Assembly (NCBI RefSeq): GCF_006345805.1
Contig: NC_042997.1
Coordinates: forward strand, 91,760,001-91,824,000
Source of the DNA: Octopus sinensis
Taxonomy: Eukaryota
DNA: 64,000 nt
Reading direction: 5' to 3'
Shown here: positions 39,312 to 52,479 of the stretch, one piece after another
Position numbering within the stretch: position 1 is the stretch's first letter
How the letters are laid out: each line of letters begins with the position of its first letter
Notes under the pieces: generated by a model
The model's database searches: none
The model's input: only the letters and a program-made list of their open reading frames with translations
What the model was told of the DNA's origin: nothing
Made by a program: the position numbers and the translations under genes

Positions 39312-39725
39312 ATACTGTAATTTTTAAAGGCAAATTCACTGCAGTTACGGTAAAAGGTATGAAAACACCATATCTGCTTAATGTCACCCAGGCGCATTTC
39401 CATATCCTTAGCCTTCCTCAGTAGAAGATACCGCGAGAGACAGATTTTAAAGCCGTGATACCACTATGTTTATTCTGAGCAGGTGGTCCGCGAGCGCAAC
39501 CAGTCATTGATATTGATTATTCTAAGATAAAGCTACACCTTTAGAATCTGCCTGGAGTTGTCTCTCTTCGGTATCTTCTACTGATGAAGACTAAGGAGGC
39601 GGAAACACGTCTGAGAGTCCACTAGATGGAGACACTAAGCAGATATAGTGTTTTTACTCCTTTTGCCACAAGAGAGAATTTCTTAACGGTAACTGCAATG
39701 AATTTGCCTTTAGAAGTTAAAGTAT
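39312..39725. repeat. Imperfect long inverted repeat with a degenerate HHR core on each arm
   Basis: Arms ~39312-39456 and ~39533-39725; CTGATGA..GAAACACGTC at 39581-39611 and the mirror CTGAGGA..GAAATGCGCC on the minus strand near 39390-39422. Confidence 0.7.
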
Positions 39726-40109
39726 GTCACTCGGCTTACTGTAAGAAATGACAGGTAGATTCCATTCAAACCGTAGCCTATTATGTACCAACTTGAAAAT
39801 GAGGACATACTAGATGATAAAGTCCCAGATCCTTAAAAAACTGGAGATTATTATGAATGAAATGCCTTTGATTATAGATATGCTTAATCGGGTTTGGTTT
39901 AGAACTGAACAACATATACGTTATAACTCTCTTTCTGTCTCTCTATCTCTCGTTTAAGGTTCTCTCTATATATATAGCAGTCGCCTTATACACACACACT
40001 CACTCATACACGCATGCATGCATGCATACATACATACATACATACATACATACATACATACATACATACATACATACATACATACATACATACATACATA
40101 CATACATGT

Positions 40110-41430
40110 ATAATGGTCGTCCACTCGTGACCGAGGAAAACCATTACTGATCATTAGGAACATTGTGCGCTCAAGACTACCTTATACTTTATACTTGCAA
40201 TTCTGTTGGTGACTAACGAGCCCTGCTCTTGACAAACATACACGGCTAGCAGTGCGTTTTCGAGCAGCACGCTTAAATTAGTCATGAAGAATACGTGCCC
40301 TTTCAAAGGTATCGACTCCCCCCTTTATCTTTTTCCTCCATCCGTGGAGACGACGAACATTACTCTCCCAGTCAGCCTCCCGTATTTCACAGTCCTTAAA
40401 TCGCAAACTTGGCTTCTGCCGAGGTAGCTGGTTCCACATATGGGTTTCCTGGTGCAGGCTGGAACCTTACAACAGTCTTGTGCTGTCAAATGCTGAGTCC
40501 AGAGGCCTTAAAAGAAGCAGAAATATGATTTACAAGTATTTGCAATCATTCGTTGTATGAGTGACTAAGTCACAGTCATTTGCATAAATGAGGTGACGAA
40601 TAAGAAACTGGAAAACATTTGAATTGGCAGTAAATCGATGCATGGTAAAAAGACGGCCACAGCAAAAGCATGAGTAAGAGTAGCAGCAAAGTACAGAGGA
40701 AAGAGAGTTGGAGCAAGGATATCACCCTACTTGACACCATTCTCTACAAGAATGGGTCCCGCCATGCCACCACCAACATTGACCCAAGCCTCCATCCCAT
40801 CATGAAATGATTTGATTATTGATACAAAGTGATCCGGACATCCAAGTTTACCAAGTATTTTCCATTGGGAGACCCTATTCACAGCATCAATGGCTTTGGT
40901 TAAATCAGTGAATACCTGGACAAGATCCATATTCTGTTCATAGCACTTCTCCTGCATCTGTCTTGCTGTGAAAATCATATCAATCGTTCCTCTTTCGGAT
41001 CGGAAACCACATTGAAATTCAGATAGGACCTCATTTACAAAACACCTATTCAGGCGGGTTAGAAGAATGCTTGCTAGAATCTTGCCAGCAGCTGATAGTA
41101 GGGCAATGCCTCTGTTGTTGTCGCACTCTACTCTGGCTCACTTTCCTTTATAGAGAGGGAGAATAATTGCATCCTTCCAGTCTTTAGGTATTGCACCATC
41201 CCTCCAGATTACACTGTTCATGAAGGGACTGTGTGATGTAATCACCACCAAATTGCAGGACCTCAGCACAAATACCATCCTTACCAGGAGACTTACTAAG
41301 ATTCAATTTACTTATTGCTGCCATTACCTCATCTATTGAGAGCATGGAATTTAAGGAGCTTCATCAACAAGTGACTCATGGTTTAGGAGTTCAGAAAAAT
41401 GTTCAATCATGGCACGCCCACGCCCCTGAG
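40110..41430 (-). mobile_element. RTE-clade LINE remnant (RT and C-terminal zinc knuckle)
   Basis: QCGFRSERGTIDMIFTARQMQEKCYEQ..FTDLTKAIDAVNR..GVK*GDILAPTLF; C-terminal CLSRAGLVSHQ; ends in (TATG)n. Confidence 0.92.
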
Positions 41431-41455
41431 CATGCAACATACATACATACATACA

Positions 41456-41489
<34 letters not shown>

Positions 41490-41573
41490 CATATGTATGT
41501 ACGCACATACATACGTACATACATATAAACATACATATTCTTTCTCTTTTTCTATCTTTCTTTTTGATGTACA

Positions 41574-41605
<32 letters not shown>

Positions 41606-43250
41606 GTCCCTCTCTCTGTCTTTCTCTGTTTCTTCTAATCCACTGCCTCTTTCATCTCCATCCTTTAACGCTCTTGATTCAAATATCCTTCCCACCTCCA
41701 TTTTTTTCTTTTTATTCCTCCTCTTCTCTTTTTCTACTCCTTCTGCGCCCTTCGTAATTCATCTCTTTTGTCCTCTTTTCAATCTCTGGCTGAAAGACCA
41801 TATCTTCCTATTCTTTTAAAGTTATATGTGAACTCTCCCAATCTCCGTACTCTTTAAGTCCTTTGAAGTATATTGGCTACAAGACATAAAGGATGTTATT
41901 TACCATTACACTTCACTTGCAAGATGAACTACAAGAATGCAAAAGACTCCTTCCAGCACGAAGCGGTCTGACATGGCTCTGTATGTACCACATACACTAT
42001 ATACTGTAGTCCTAGATATCCTTGAAAAACAAAACGGTGGTGTTATGAGTGGGATGTCTTTGAAAATACGTTTGTTCGAAACACGGTTGACTTAGAACTA
42101 AACACACACACACACACACACAAACACAGTGAGTGAGAGAAAGAGAGGGGGAGAGAGAGAGAGGGAGAGAGTGAGGAGAGAGAGTGAGAGAGAACAAACC
42201 TCCTCCGCCTCCTCGACTCTTTTTATCCATTCCATTTGTTTAACATCGAGATAGTAGCAGACGAGCCACGTCTCAAGACTTTGTCATGAGTCTCACTACT
42301 TTACTCATAATCTCATGCTCTCTCATTTTTACAAGCAATTTCACACTCTTTCTCCAAACGTAAAATAAAAGACAATTTTAGAACATCTGAAGGCTTATCA
42401 CAGTCTTGATGCGCATTTTTAGCCTACTCGTAGACCATTCTGCACGCAGCAACAGAATCTACAGTTTGTATTATCGTACCATTGGGAAATATTTATTACA
42501 CTTGCGGCTCGCTATAGCGACAGACAGCGATTATGCACATGCTAGGCATTTGGGGGCTCGTGTCTGCTCCAGTGCAGTATAGAGGTTAGAAACAGTGTGG
42601 CTATGAATTACATTTATCCTTTCTTATCACAAATAGAAGAATACTAATAAAAACCATAAGGACTACATTTTACTATAGATATCATGTGACATTGAATCCC
42701 AACTGCGCTTACACTAAAACCAGTTCTACTAGAAAATTTGCTAGTTTTTATAATTTCTCACCACTTTTTTAGTTCCAGGTTTGATTTCTCATGACTTTTG
42801 ACTTTTGAGGATTGGTAAAACTGTAGTATCATTCTAATCTAACAAGGCAACCGATTTCTACGTGTCTCTTCTATTAATCTCAATTCATTTCTTCAGCGAG
42901 AACGGAAGCTTCCGCCCACTTTTTTTCTACAGGCATCACCTTACAGTATTTAAGGTTTAAATGAACTCCTTAGATCTTACCAGTTTGGGATGATTTGCAA
43001 ATATCATAAGAACTGTCTTCCTTCAGACTAAATAAGAAAATTAAATCACATCCATGGATGCTACTGAAAGCTTGAGAAAGCTAATAATTTACTTTTTGCA
43101 AGAATGTTGTACACAGAGCTTGTGACTATGAGTTCAATTGGCATGGAAAAACTTTCGATTGCTATTGCAGTTGTTAAAAACAACAGAAACATATACTTAA
43201 CAAATCACCTTTTGAAAACTAGAGTATTTTATATATAATATGAACAAGAG

Positions 43251-43835
43251 AGGCACAGGCGAGGCTGAGTGGTAAGGAGTTTGCTTCCCAATCACTTGGT
43301 TTCGGTTACAGTCCCACAACATGGCACTTTAAGCAAGTATCTTCTACTATAGCCCGGCTATAGATGGAAACTGAAAGAAACTTGTCATGTATGGATGTAT
43401 GGATGTATGGATGTATGTATGTATGTATGTATGTATATATGTATATAACCAAATAAAGTTTATTTTTCAACATTGTCCTCTTTTCGACCACACATTGTCC
43501 TCCTTTCGACCATTGGTGTTGTGCTTGAATCTCATTAATGAATAAGCTTTCAACCTGTTCGTCAAAAATGTCAACAACAGCATGTATGTATGTGTACGTG
43601 TGGTGTGTGTAAGTATCTGTGTGTATGTATGTGTGTGTGTTTGTACTTTCCCCTACCACCGCTTGACAACCGGTGTTCATTTGTTTACGTCCCCAATTGC
43701 TTGGTGGTTAGGCAAGAGAGACCGATAGAATAAGTACTAGGTTTTAAAACTTCTGAGGTCAAATCGTTCGACTAGAACCCTTCAAGATGTTGTCCTAGCT
43801 TGGCTGCAGTTCAATGACTGAAACAAGTAACAAAA
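43251..43835 (+). mobile_element. SINE family A with internal microsatellite and insertion
   Basis: Head at 43251, tail ~43640-43835. Confidence 0.75.
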
Positions 43836-44075
43836 AAATACAAAAAATATCATACAAGCACGAAACATTTCTATGTCTCATGCAAAATTTAGATTGTTTC
43901 GGAGTTTAATATGAGGATGTGTTTTATATTCGAGCGACAGGAACATATATTTCCTCGTGTTGTCATGCTTTCTCAAAAGACTTTATTATTACACTAGTAG
44001 TTTTTAATGTAATTTTATCTTGAAAACTTTATAATCGAAAGTTATTCATTTGGAGACCGTCAGAATGATGTAGAC

Positions 44076-44118
44076 GCCTCTGATGAGAACCCAATAAGGT
44101 TCGAAAACAGATTAAGGT
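44076..44118 (+). ncRNA. Minimal type-I hammerhead ribozyme
   Basis: Stem I GCCT/AGGT; CTGATGA 44080-44086; perfect stem II GAACC-CAATAA-GGTTC; GAAA 44103-44106; TTA triplet; imperfect stem III. Confidence 0.75.
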
Positions 44119-45206
44119 TATTCACCATTTTAAACGGTGGTGCATCAGCATGGCCGCAGCTCTGAACTGAAACTACAGAAAAAATATTTGACTTGCGCAA
44201 TCGATGTTCTTGAGACAGGTATGAACATCACACAATCTTATTCCTCTACTCCTCTTAAATAAATCTGTCATTGTCTCTCAAAAAAATTTATATGATATTA
44301 TCAGTGATGTCAATATTAAATCTAGTTTATTCTTGAGATAGAAAATTATACTTCTGTACATTGATCACCAAAATGCATGTCGGTTTTATGGAGCTCAAAC
44401 ATGTAAATCGTCAAGAAGACAACACCTTACCCATTGGACTATCATATCACCTCTCAACAATAGATATATTATACACGTTAGGCTGTAGTGGTAAAAATTA
44501 CCAATAATAAGTTTAGAATTCGATGGCTCTAGATTTTACTGCAAGTGTCTCGTTAAACTTCTGATCTGAACATTTTTACCTTTCTTGTCTTCAATTCAGT
44601 TTACCGTGAGCTTTAGATGCCAGGCTTTCTGTGAAAATTATTGGTGTTGACGATACATTGATTTCGTTAGTTCAGACAACTAGCTCTATTTATCACACCA
44701 GCATGCCAGTCACAATACAGTATATTCTGTTTAATTTGGGCAACGCTAAACCGAGCCGATATTTGTGAGGAATCTAAATTATAAAAGTCGACCGAGAAAA
44801 TATTAAAATCTGATTTGTATCTTTTTAATTCATAACTTAAATCTTGGAGTAATTAAGAAATGCTGTTTAATTAGGCTACTATATGCTTGTCTCGCACTTA
44901 ATCGTTTCTCATCATTCTACATAAAGATGGATTGGATATTTACTCAGGCTGCCACTAGAAAGACCATTTATAATATAATATTATGATGTTGTGCTTAAAA
45001 ATCATATTTTCACGCAATTCTCATACTTCAATAGTTTCGTGATTAAAGCAACCAGGAAAATTTTAGTTTCCATATTTCACATAGTAAAGATTATCGATAC
45101 CTTGGGTTACTAGAATTGAAAACAAGAATGAAGAAGTTAAGAACTACTTTGATCTCAAATGTTGCATTGTAAATATTTGATCCTTTTATGAGAATATATA
45201 CAAGTA

Positions 45207-45680
45207 TCAGTTCTTCCGTCGTTGAAGACGATGACCAAAGACATCGCATGGAAGAAGAAAACAGGTCACGGTGCTTCTAGCTGTGGCTGATCAGGCCGAT
45301 GCGTGCTTGGAAGGCTCTGCCGCAGGTCGGGCACTGGTGGTCTGTTGGGACTGAAAGTGAGGCGTTGGCTTCGGACTTGTGTCCCTGCAATCATGTTTTG
45401 TTCGTAGGAGGTGGCACCTCTGTTGGTGCAGCTTCGCCAAGCAGAGCGTCTTGCACTTGCATTTTCCAGGTGTCGAAGTTGAATTCAAAACTCTTCAATG
45501 AGGCCTTGAGTGTATCCTTGACGTGCTCTGTCCACTTTTCTAGAATTGTTTTGCATTTTTGTCAGTGAAGAGAGTGATCCCTTCAGCACTGAGCAGAAGT
45601 GATGGTGTAGGGGAGTGTGACCCGTGGGTAGATTTCAAAGCATTGTAAAAGCGCTTGGAGTTGTTACTGTCAGTGTAAAA
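45207..45680 (-). mobile_element. RTE LINE 3' end remnant
   Basis: Minus strand CPTCGRAFQARIGLISH C2H2 motif typical of RTE ORF ends; KDTLKASLKSF upstream. Confidence 0.8.
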
Positions 45681-45689
45681 AGATAAGTA

Positions 45690-46104
45690 CTCTAAAGCGT
45701 TTAATTTGGAGCGCTATCGTTTCTACCAAACTTTAAAAGAGGAATGTGATTAGTAGCTGCCCAAAAGTGTCAATAAGGTACTACCTCCCTATGTGACAGA
45801 GAATCCCTCTGTTATTGAATACATGCATCAAAACATCTGGCAAGTGTAAACATATCATGCCGGATATTGTTTGGGAAAGATAAGAAAAAAATATGTAGCG
45901 TCAGAAGTCCAGAGAGAAAGAGAGTAACTATGGACAACTGCTTTGAAGTCTCCAGATTATATATTCCATTATAAATTCACATTTATATCAATAATAGTTG
46001 GTGCATTTGGCTTTATAAATATATGCCTAAGTGACAATCTGGATAAGCTAGGGTTTTCAGAAAAAGAAATCAACTAGCTAACTCGCACAATTGAAATACG
46101 ATCT

Positions 46105-46108
<4 letters not shown>
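45690..46108 (+). mobile_element. RLE-type (R4/NeSL-like) non-LTR retrotransposon C-terminal remnant
   Basis: VISSCPKVSIRYYLPM*, YGQLL, YKFTF..IIVGAFG..LDKLGFSEKE. Confidence 0.6.
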
Positions 46109-46184
<76 letters not shown>

Positions 46185-46765
46185 TGCGTGTGATAGCTGT
46201 AGAACCTAAAACAAAATAATGTTTAATTAAATTAAACTTTGAAAACTCAGAGATTACTCGTTCTCTAATTAACATTCCTGTACGCCACGCGGCAAAAGTT
46301 TTATTGGCTTAATAAAGCCACATATTCATATAAAAAGAGGAATTATTAGTTTCCAAGAATATTTAGAAACGCTTCAGATATCACGCCTTTTCTCCAGAAT
46401 TCCAGTGGTACTCATTAAAGATATTACGCTACAAAGTAATATCTTTAAAGTTGCATATCGTCAATCCACTTCGTGTCGTCCTCAAATAATCAGCAATTGA
46501 GCCTCTACATGGTCGCTCGCCCTGTTAAAAATGGCAGTTAAATCTTTTTCAAATGATACCTTAGGAGTATGTAAAATCACAGCTAGGAATATATCATTCA
46601 ATGTAACCTTACTCTTAAAAAAGAAAGGCATACGAAATGATGGCGTTCTAGTTATTACACAGGAAAGCTTTTATCATAGGCATGCTCGATCAGAACCGTC
46701 TTGGGGTTAAACAACGAAAACAATCGCCCCCACCCATTTCGTTTGAAATTATAAACATATTGTTA

Positions 46766-47050
46766 GAGGCGCAGGTGTGGCTGTGTGGTAAGAATCTTGC
46801 TTCTCAACCACGTGTTTTCGGGTTCAGCCCCACTGTGTTTTACCTTAGGCAGGTGTCTTCTAATAAAAGAATAATCGGAAAACCATTCTGATCGCCTTCA
46901 GACTAATTTTGTGTCTCTTCACCAACAATTATGCATTGTGGGTGGATTTGGTAGACAGAAACTGAAATAAGTTCTGGGCTTGTTCGACTAAAAAAACACC
47001 TTCAAGCATGGTCGCAGTCAAATGACTCAAGAAAGGAAAAGAATAAAAGA
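46766..47050 (+). mobile_element. SINE family A containing a 74-bp copy of its own tail and 3' flank
   Basis: 46862-46935 is identical to 47042-47115. Confidence 0.8.
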
Positions 47051-48426
47051 ATAATCGGAAAACCATTCTGATCGCCTTCAGACTAATTTTGTGTCTCTTC
47101 ACCAACAATTATGCAAATCATTTAGCAATGAAAATAACTGTTACACACAAATCAATTATTTATTTCAAATACATAAACTACGTGATTCTTTACTGCGAGA
47201 AACTCTGAAGTTGGGATGTAAAAGATAGTCTTAAACCCAACTCAGTTATTAAAATCTAACACCAACCAGACATGAAAATAATTTGTACTTGAATTTAGAA
47301 TTTTTAGAGAGAATCTATGCTTTTGTTAAACACAAACCCTTGTAATCTTTATTAATTACCTTAAAGCATCTGAGCTTACGAGGGAACATATACGCGGTCA
47401 TTTGACCTGTTAGAAACCGTAGCCAAATTCCATTAAATCACATCTTATTGTTTTTAAAATGGAAGTTATATTGGACAGTGTAATCCTAGATATATAAAAA
47501 AAACTGAAATGCCTTTGATTACGAGTGTATTTGATCAGAGCTGAGCTCGAGTTAAACAACAACAGGAATGTTAAGCACATGTAGAACACGACAAGAATTT
47601 AAACCAAAATGATTAAAGCACAGCTAGAGCACAACTCACTTTTTTCTTCTTGTGCTTCTTTTCTGATGAAGACTTAGAGACCGAAGTCATTAAAGGAGAT
47701 ATTTGATGACAATAACTATCTTACTGATAAACATATGGCTTTTGTTGCTGATAATATGAATGAAGCAGGATAAAAGACACTCTGCATCTACAAATTTTAT
47801 TACAAAAATCAATTTTAATCATTTCTTAATTAGCAAAATAACACTTAAGGATTATTTTTATGATAAAAATTAAATGAAACTATTAGCGGGATAAGCTAAC
47901 TTTCGATCTGTGTTGCAAAATTATTAAAGCTTGTACATGATAGCAGCCGACCGATTATGAATCAAATTAGAGCCATATGTTTTATCTGAATGGTTTATAC
48001 AATCAAGTGTGAAGCATGAATATTGCTAACTTCAGCATTAGCCAAATATCCTGTGACAGATTGCACAACGTAGTCTAGACACGTCTAAAAAACTGAGATG
48101 TGGAAGGCAGGAGCAAAGCTAGACTAGAGGTTTGCTCAATCAAGACTAATCCGGAACTCAGCAACATTTCTGCGACACTGAAGATGACAACAATATGACT
48201 AAAATCTAAGCTACTCTGTCATCTCTGAAATAGATATTGTAATATACCCTTTTTCTGCATTATACTAATGGCCTGTTTGAGGATATAAACGGTTCGACAT
48301 TAAAATTCGCTAACATACTTTCTGCTGTTGTTTATTCAAACAAGCAACACGCTTTCATTCACACTCACTCAGATACATGTATGTATGTGTGTGTTTACGT
48401 CTGTAAGTCTGCATCTGTATACACAC

Positions 48427-48462
<36 letters not shown>

Positions 48463-48949
48463 TTATATTTATATTTATGCTTACATACATATATAGATAT
48501 AAATATACATGCTCGTGAGCGCGCGTATACACACACACACACATACATGGACGCACACACACACTCACTCAAACACACATCACACGTTCATGGAGTGAAC
48601 GAGTGAGCAAGAGAAATACTGAGAGACGTCTGTTTATTTAACATTTGTTAGAAGTTTAGTGGCAAGGAGAGAAGAAAGTGTAAAGATTGCGATAAACTAC
48701 GAAAGAATGATGCAACGAAATAAATAACAAAAACTACATCTCAGGGATGAATATATTCCCCGGTGATGTCGATGCTCAAGATACTTTCAAATGTTTCCTC
48801 GCTGTAAAGACTGAAAGAAAGCAAAAGCTTTTTATTCTATAGATTGGTCAGTTTTTCTAGAGTATATATTTACATACATCAATGTTTTTATATATACTCA
48901 TATATGCAATAATTTTTAGTGAGTGTATAAATGCGCATATATATGTATG

Positions 48950-49005
<56 letters not shown>

Positions 49006-49097
49006 GGGAGAATTCACGAAAAAAAAAACAAAAGACGAAGACAGGTGGTGTTGAAAACAAACAGATGTATTAGTATAACGCTCAGGAATTGAAAAAG

Positions 49098-49135
49098 CCT
49101 TTTACGTTTCGAGCCTACGCTCTTCCACAGAAAGG
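49098..49135 (-). ncRNA. Variant-core minimal hammerhead in dispersed repeat 49005-49180
   Basis: Minus strand CCTTT-CTGTGGA-A-GAGC-GTAG-GCTC-GAAA-CGTA-AAAGG; stems I and II perfect. Confidence 0.68.
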
Positions 49136-49182
49136 AGCACAGAAAGAAACAAGGAAAGAAAAAAATGTGAGTAGTGGCTACT

Positions 49183-49214
<32 letters not shown>

Positions 49215-49791
49215 TTTACATTTACATTTACACAAAAAAATTTCCGCGTGGGTCGAAGAGAGGAGATATTACTATCTTCTGTCAAGTTTCCTTACCGCTA
49301 TGGCGATTGCATATTAATTATTGATTTGTCTATAATTGGATTCCACAGATAATGTCATGCATCTCTACTCTGCTTTCAAGTATAGCTTCAGAAAATTTAA
49401 GTTTTCATTCATTAAAGCAACTCTTGTAACATTAATGATGAGCTGCTTCAATTTTTCATTTGATTTCCTATCAACTTTGTGAACATTGTGCCAACGTAAT
49501 GCAACAGCCATATTTTGGATCTAGAATTGGGCGACTATGCTAGCACTAGTTTTAATGTCCCAGTTTAAAACCCTTATCTCAAGAAATGGTACTTTGTAGC
49601 CTCAGTTTTCAACATCTCAAAACTTAAACGAAAATCACTCTCCCCTGCGCACCCATTTGACAGCATTGATCAACATAAAGAGAACTGGGATGCAGTTATA
49701 CATGGCCTATCGCTTATTGGCTGGTCTTTCTCAGTCACTTCCTCTAATACCAAAATGTCTTGGTAGCTATTTGGTGACACAATTATCAACA

Positions 49792-50220
49792 TACGAGGTC
49801 TACTCAGAAAGTATCGGGACTGTTGCTATGGTAACGGATGCACAGTGTGAAGCCGCTTGGCACAGACTGACCTTGAACTCCGCCGGGCATGCACAGTAAG
49901 TTATAACGGTCTCGCTCACTTCCGTTGTTTATAGTAGTTCTTGGAAATAAAGTGTGTAGAGTGTGGTCATCTCAAAAAGAAGATCGGGTTTCGGCAGCAT
50001 AGGATCTCCTTGACTGTGTCGAGGGAGACGAAAACTTTTTGAAAACGGTCTATGGTTATGACCCCAAAACGAAGGCCCAGTCTTCGCAGGGTAAGACCCC
50101 CAACAAGATTTTAAGACATCGAGAAAATCCAAGAGAAGGCAACGAGGCAGTTCCTCGCTATCCCAAAAAAGGAGTTCCAGGGATGCTTCCATCAATGGAA
50201 AAGAAACTGGATAAAGTGTG
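49792..50220 (+). mobile_element. Deleted mariner remnant
   Basis: TACGAGG terminus; VYGYDPKTKAQSSQ and QWKRNWIKC mariner motifs. Confidence 0.7.
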
Positions 50221-50578
50221 CGTGTGTGTGTGTCTGTCTGTCTGTCTGTGTCTGTGTGTGCGCACGCGTGTGCTTTGTGGGCACAGTATGGCTGAATGAT
50301 TAAAAACTTCGGAACATGAGTCCTGGAGTTTATGGAGTTGATCTCATTGTGTGCATCTTGGGTAAATGTCTATGGCGACGGGCCGACCTTAATTTGTGAG
50401 TGAAATTGGGCAGACAGAGACTATATGGAAGCTCGTCGTGTGGAATCTACTCGTAATTCGAAGGTACAAACACTGTGTCAGGTGATTCAGCCTGTGAACT
50501 ATCAGTTCAGGAGCAGGTAACTTGATTGATCGAACAACTGAATCCTCGTCTACATACATGTACATACATACTTATATA

Positions 50579-51852
50579 CACAGACATGCAGGAAGTAAAA
50601 AGACACCTTTAATTTTCAAAATTTCTGATCTAAGCGTCTTAATATGTTTTCAGCGGTGTAGAATTTACAATGTAATTATTCTTTTTCATTCCAGGTGCCA
50701 TTATATTAAACATTTGCGAAGAGTAACCATGCCACGCACAAAAAAATTCAGCAGAACTTTCAGATTTTCAAAGAGGTCGTATTGTTGGGCAATCTGAAGC
50801 TGATCTTAGCCAGCGAAAAATTGCTGAAAATCTTCAAATTCCTCTTGCTACTGTTAATAGAATTATAGTGCAATTCAAAAGCCAAGGAAAAGAATCAACA
50901 GATTCTCGTCCCAGCCGACCTGGGCCCTCGGAAAGGAAGCTTCACTGTTTGAAGAGAATTGTTGAAAACGAAGCCCCAATGTCGAAGGCTTCTGACATTG
51001 CAAAACAGCTAGAAGTTAGTCCAAGAACGTGTGTTACATATATGCATAAGCTTGGGTACTATGGACGAGCAGCTAGAAGAAAACCTCTCCTTCAACCAAT
51101 TAATATCATGAAAAGAAAGAAATGGGCTAAGGAGATGTCAGAAAAATCCAGTTCATTTTGAGATAGAGTGATTTTCTCAGATGAATCCAGATTTGCATTA
51201 TTTTCAGACAGTGGACGTGTTTGGGTCTGGAGGCTTCCCAATCAACCATTTGATTTGAAACGACTCCAACCAACTCTGAAACATGGCGGTAGCTCTGTAA
51301 TGGTATGGGGAGCTGTCACCAGCAATGGTCGTTCTGAGCTGATCGAATGTGTTGAAACCATAAACTCTGAAAAATACATCGAAATACTTAAGCAAGGACT
51401 ACTTCCAGTGTATTCACACGATAATGTAACGAAAAATGAGTTTTTATTCATGGAAGATGGGGCTCCATGCTACACAGCGAAAAGGAATTAACAATAGCTG
51501 ACTGAAAATGGGATCAAAAAGCTTCCTTGGCCGAGCTAATCTCCTGACATGAACCCAATTGAAAATCTTTGGAGCAGACTAGATAGAACTAAACTCGACT
51601 GAAACCTAACTCCAAAGATGAATTGTTTCGATTGTTGCATGAAAAGTGGGCAGAAATTCCACAAGAGACAATCACAAAGTTCATCAGTTCAATGCCAAAA
51701 AGAGTTTCTGAATTAAAAACTGCAAAGGGAATGTCAACTAATTACTAAAGAATGTAGTCCTACCTGTCGATTACATTTCAATTATTCGCTTTGCGTATTA
51801 AATAAAAGATTTTGAAAATTAAATGTGTCTATTTACTTCCTGCATGTCTGTG
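50579..51852 (+). mobile_element. Full-length Tc1 (DD34E) transposon, inactive
   Basis: ~40-bp TIR CACAGACATGCAGGAAGTAAA..TTTTCAAAA with TA TSD; transposase 50729-51748 with ARRKPLL, FSDESRF, VMVWG, MEDGAPCY, SPDMNPIENLW (34 codons between D and E); frameshifts and stops. Confidence 0.95.
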
Positions 51853-51951
51853 TACATACATAAATACACACACACATACATACATACATACATACATAAT
51901 TAGATATATACATATGCATACATGTGTATGTATATGTATATATATATATAT

Positions 51952-52023
<72 letters not shown>

Positions 52024-52289
52024 GTACTTGGAGAAAAAGAACGGAACGAAACGAACGAATCGAATCGAATCGACGCGAGGGCGCTGTCATACAATAGTGT
52101 AATAAATAAAATATATGCATACATACATACATATATGTACTACCTACATCTACATGTATATATACATGCATATATAAATATATATACGTGAGTACAGGAC
52201 ACCACAACTAGACGTAGAACTCAACGAGAAACGAAAACGGAAAAACAAGCTGGAACAAACCATTTTTTTACATATATATATACATATAG

Positions 52290-52418
52290 ATATATCACCT
52301 TGATCACCTTGACTGACCAGTCCGTCGGGCGTCTATTTGACACCGCTGGTCACAGCACGCTGTCCACTCCTCTCTGGATCGCGCCTTTCTCATCCACGTG
52401 ATCCCAATCACCCTCTTA

Positions 52419-52420
<2 letters not shown>
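52290..52420 (-). mobile_element. LINE 3'-end fragment (RTE-like)
   Basis: TWMRKARSREEW motif followed by short repeated tail CAAGGTGAT. Confidence 0.5.

Positions 52421-52479
<59 letters not shown>

Noticed and set aside
44400-44470. LPIGLSYH resembling the PLE PLVLTYHP motif near the 44076 HHR
   Set aside because: Too short and degenerate to support a call
47660-47700. CTGATGA-AGACTT..AAGTC hairpin
   Set aside because: No GAAA after the stem, so not a complete hammerhead
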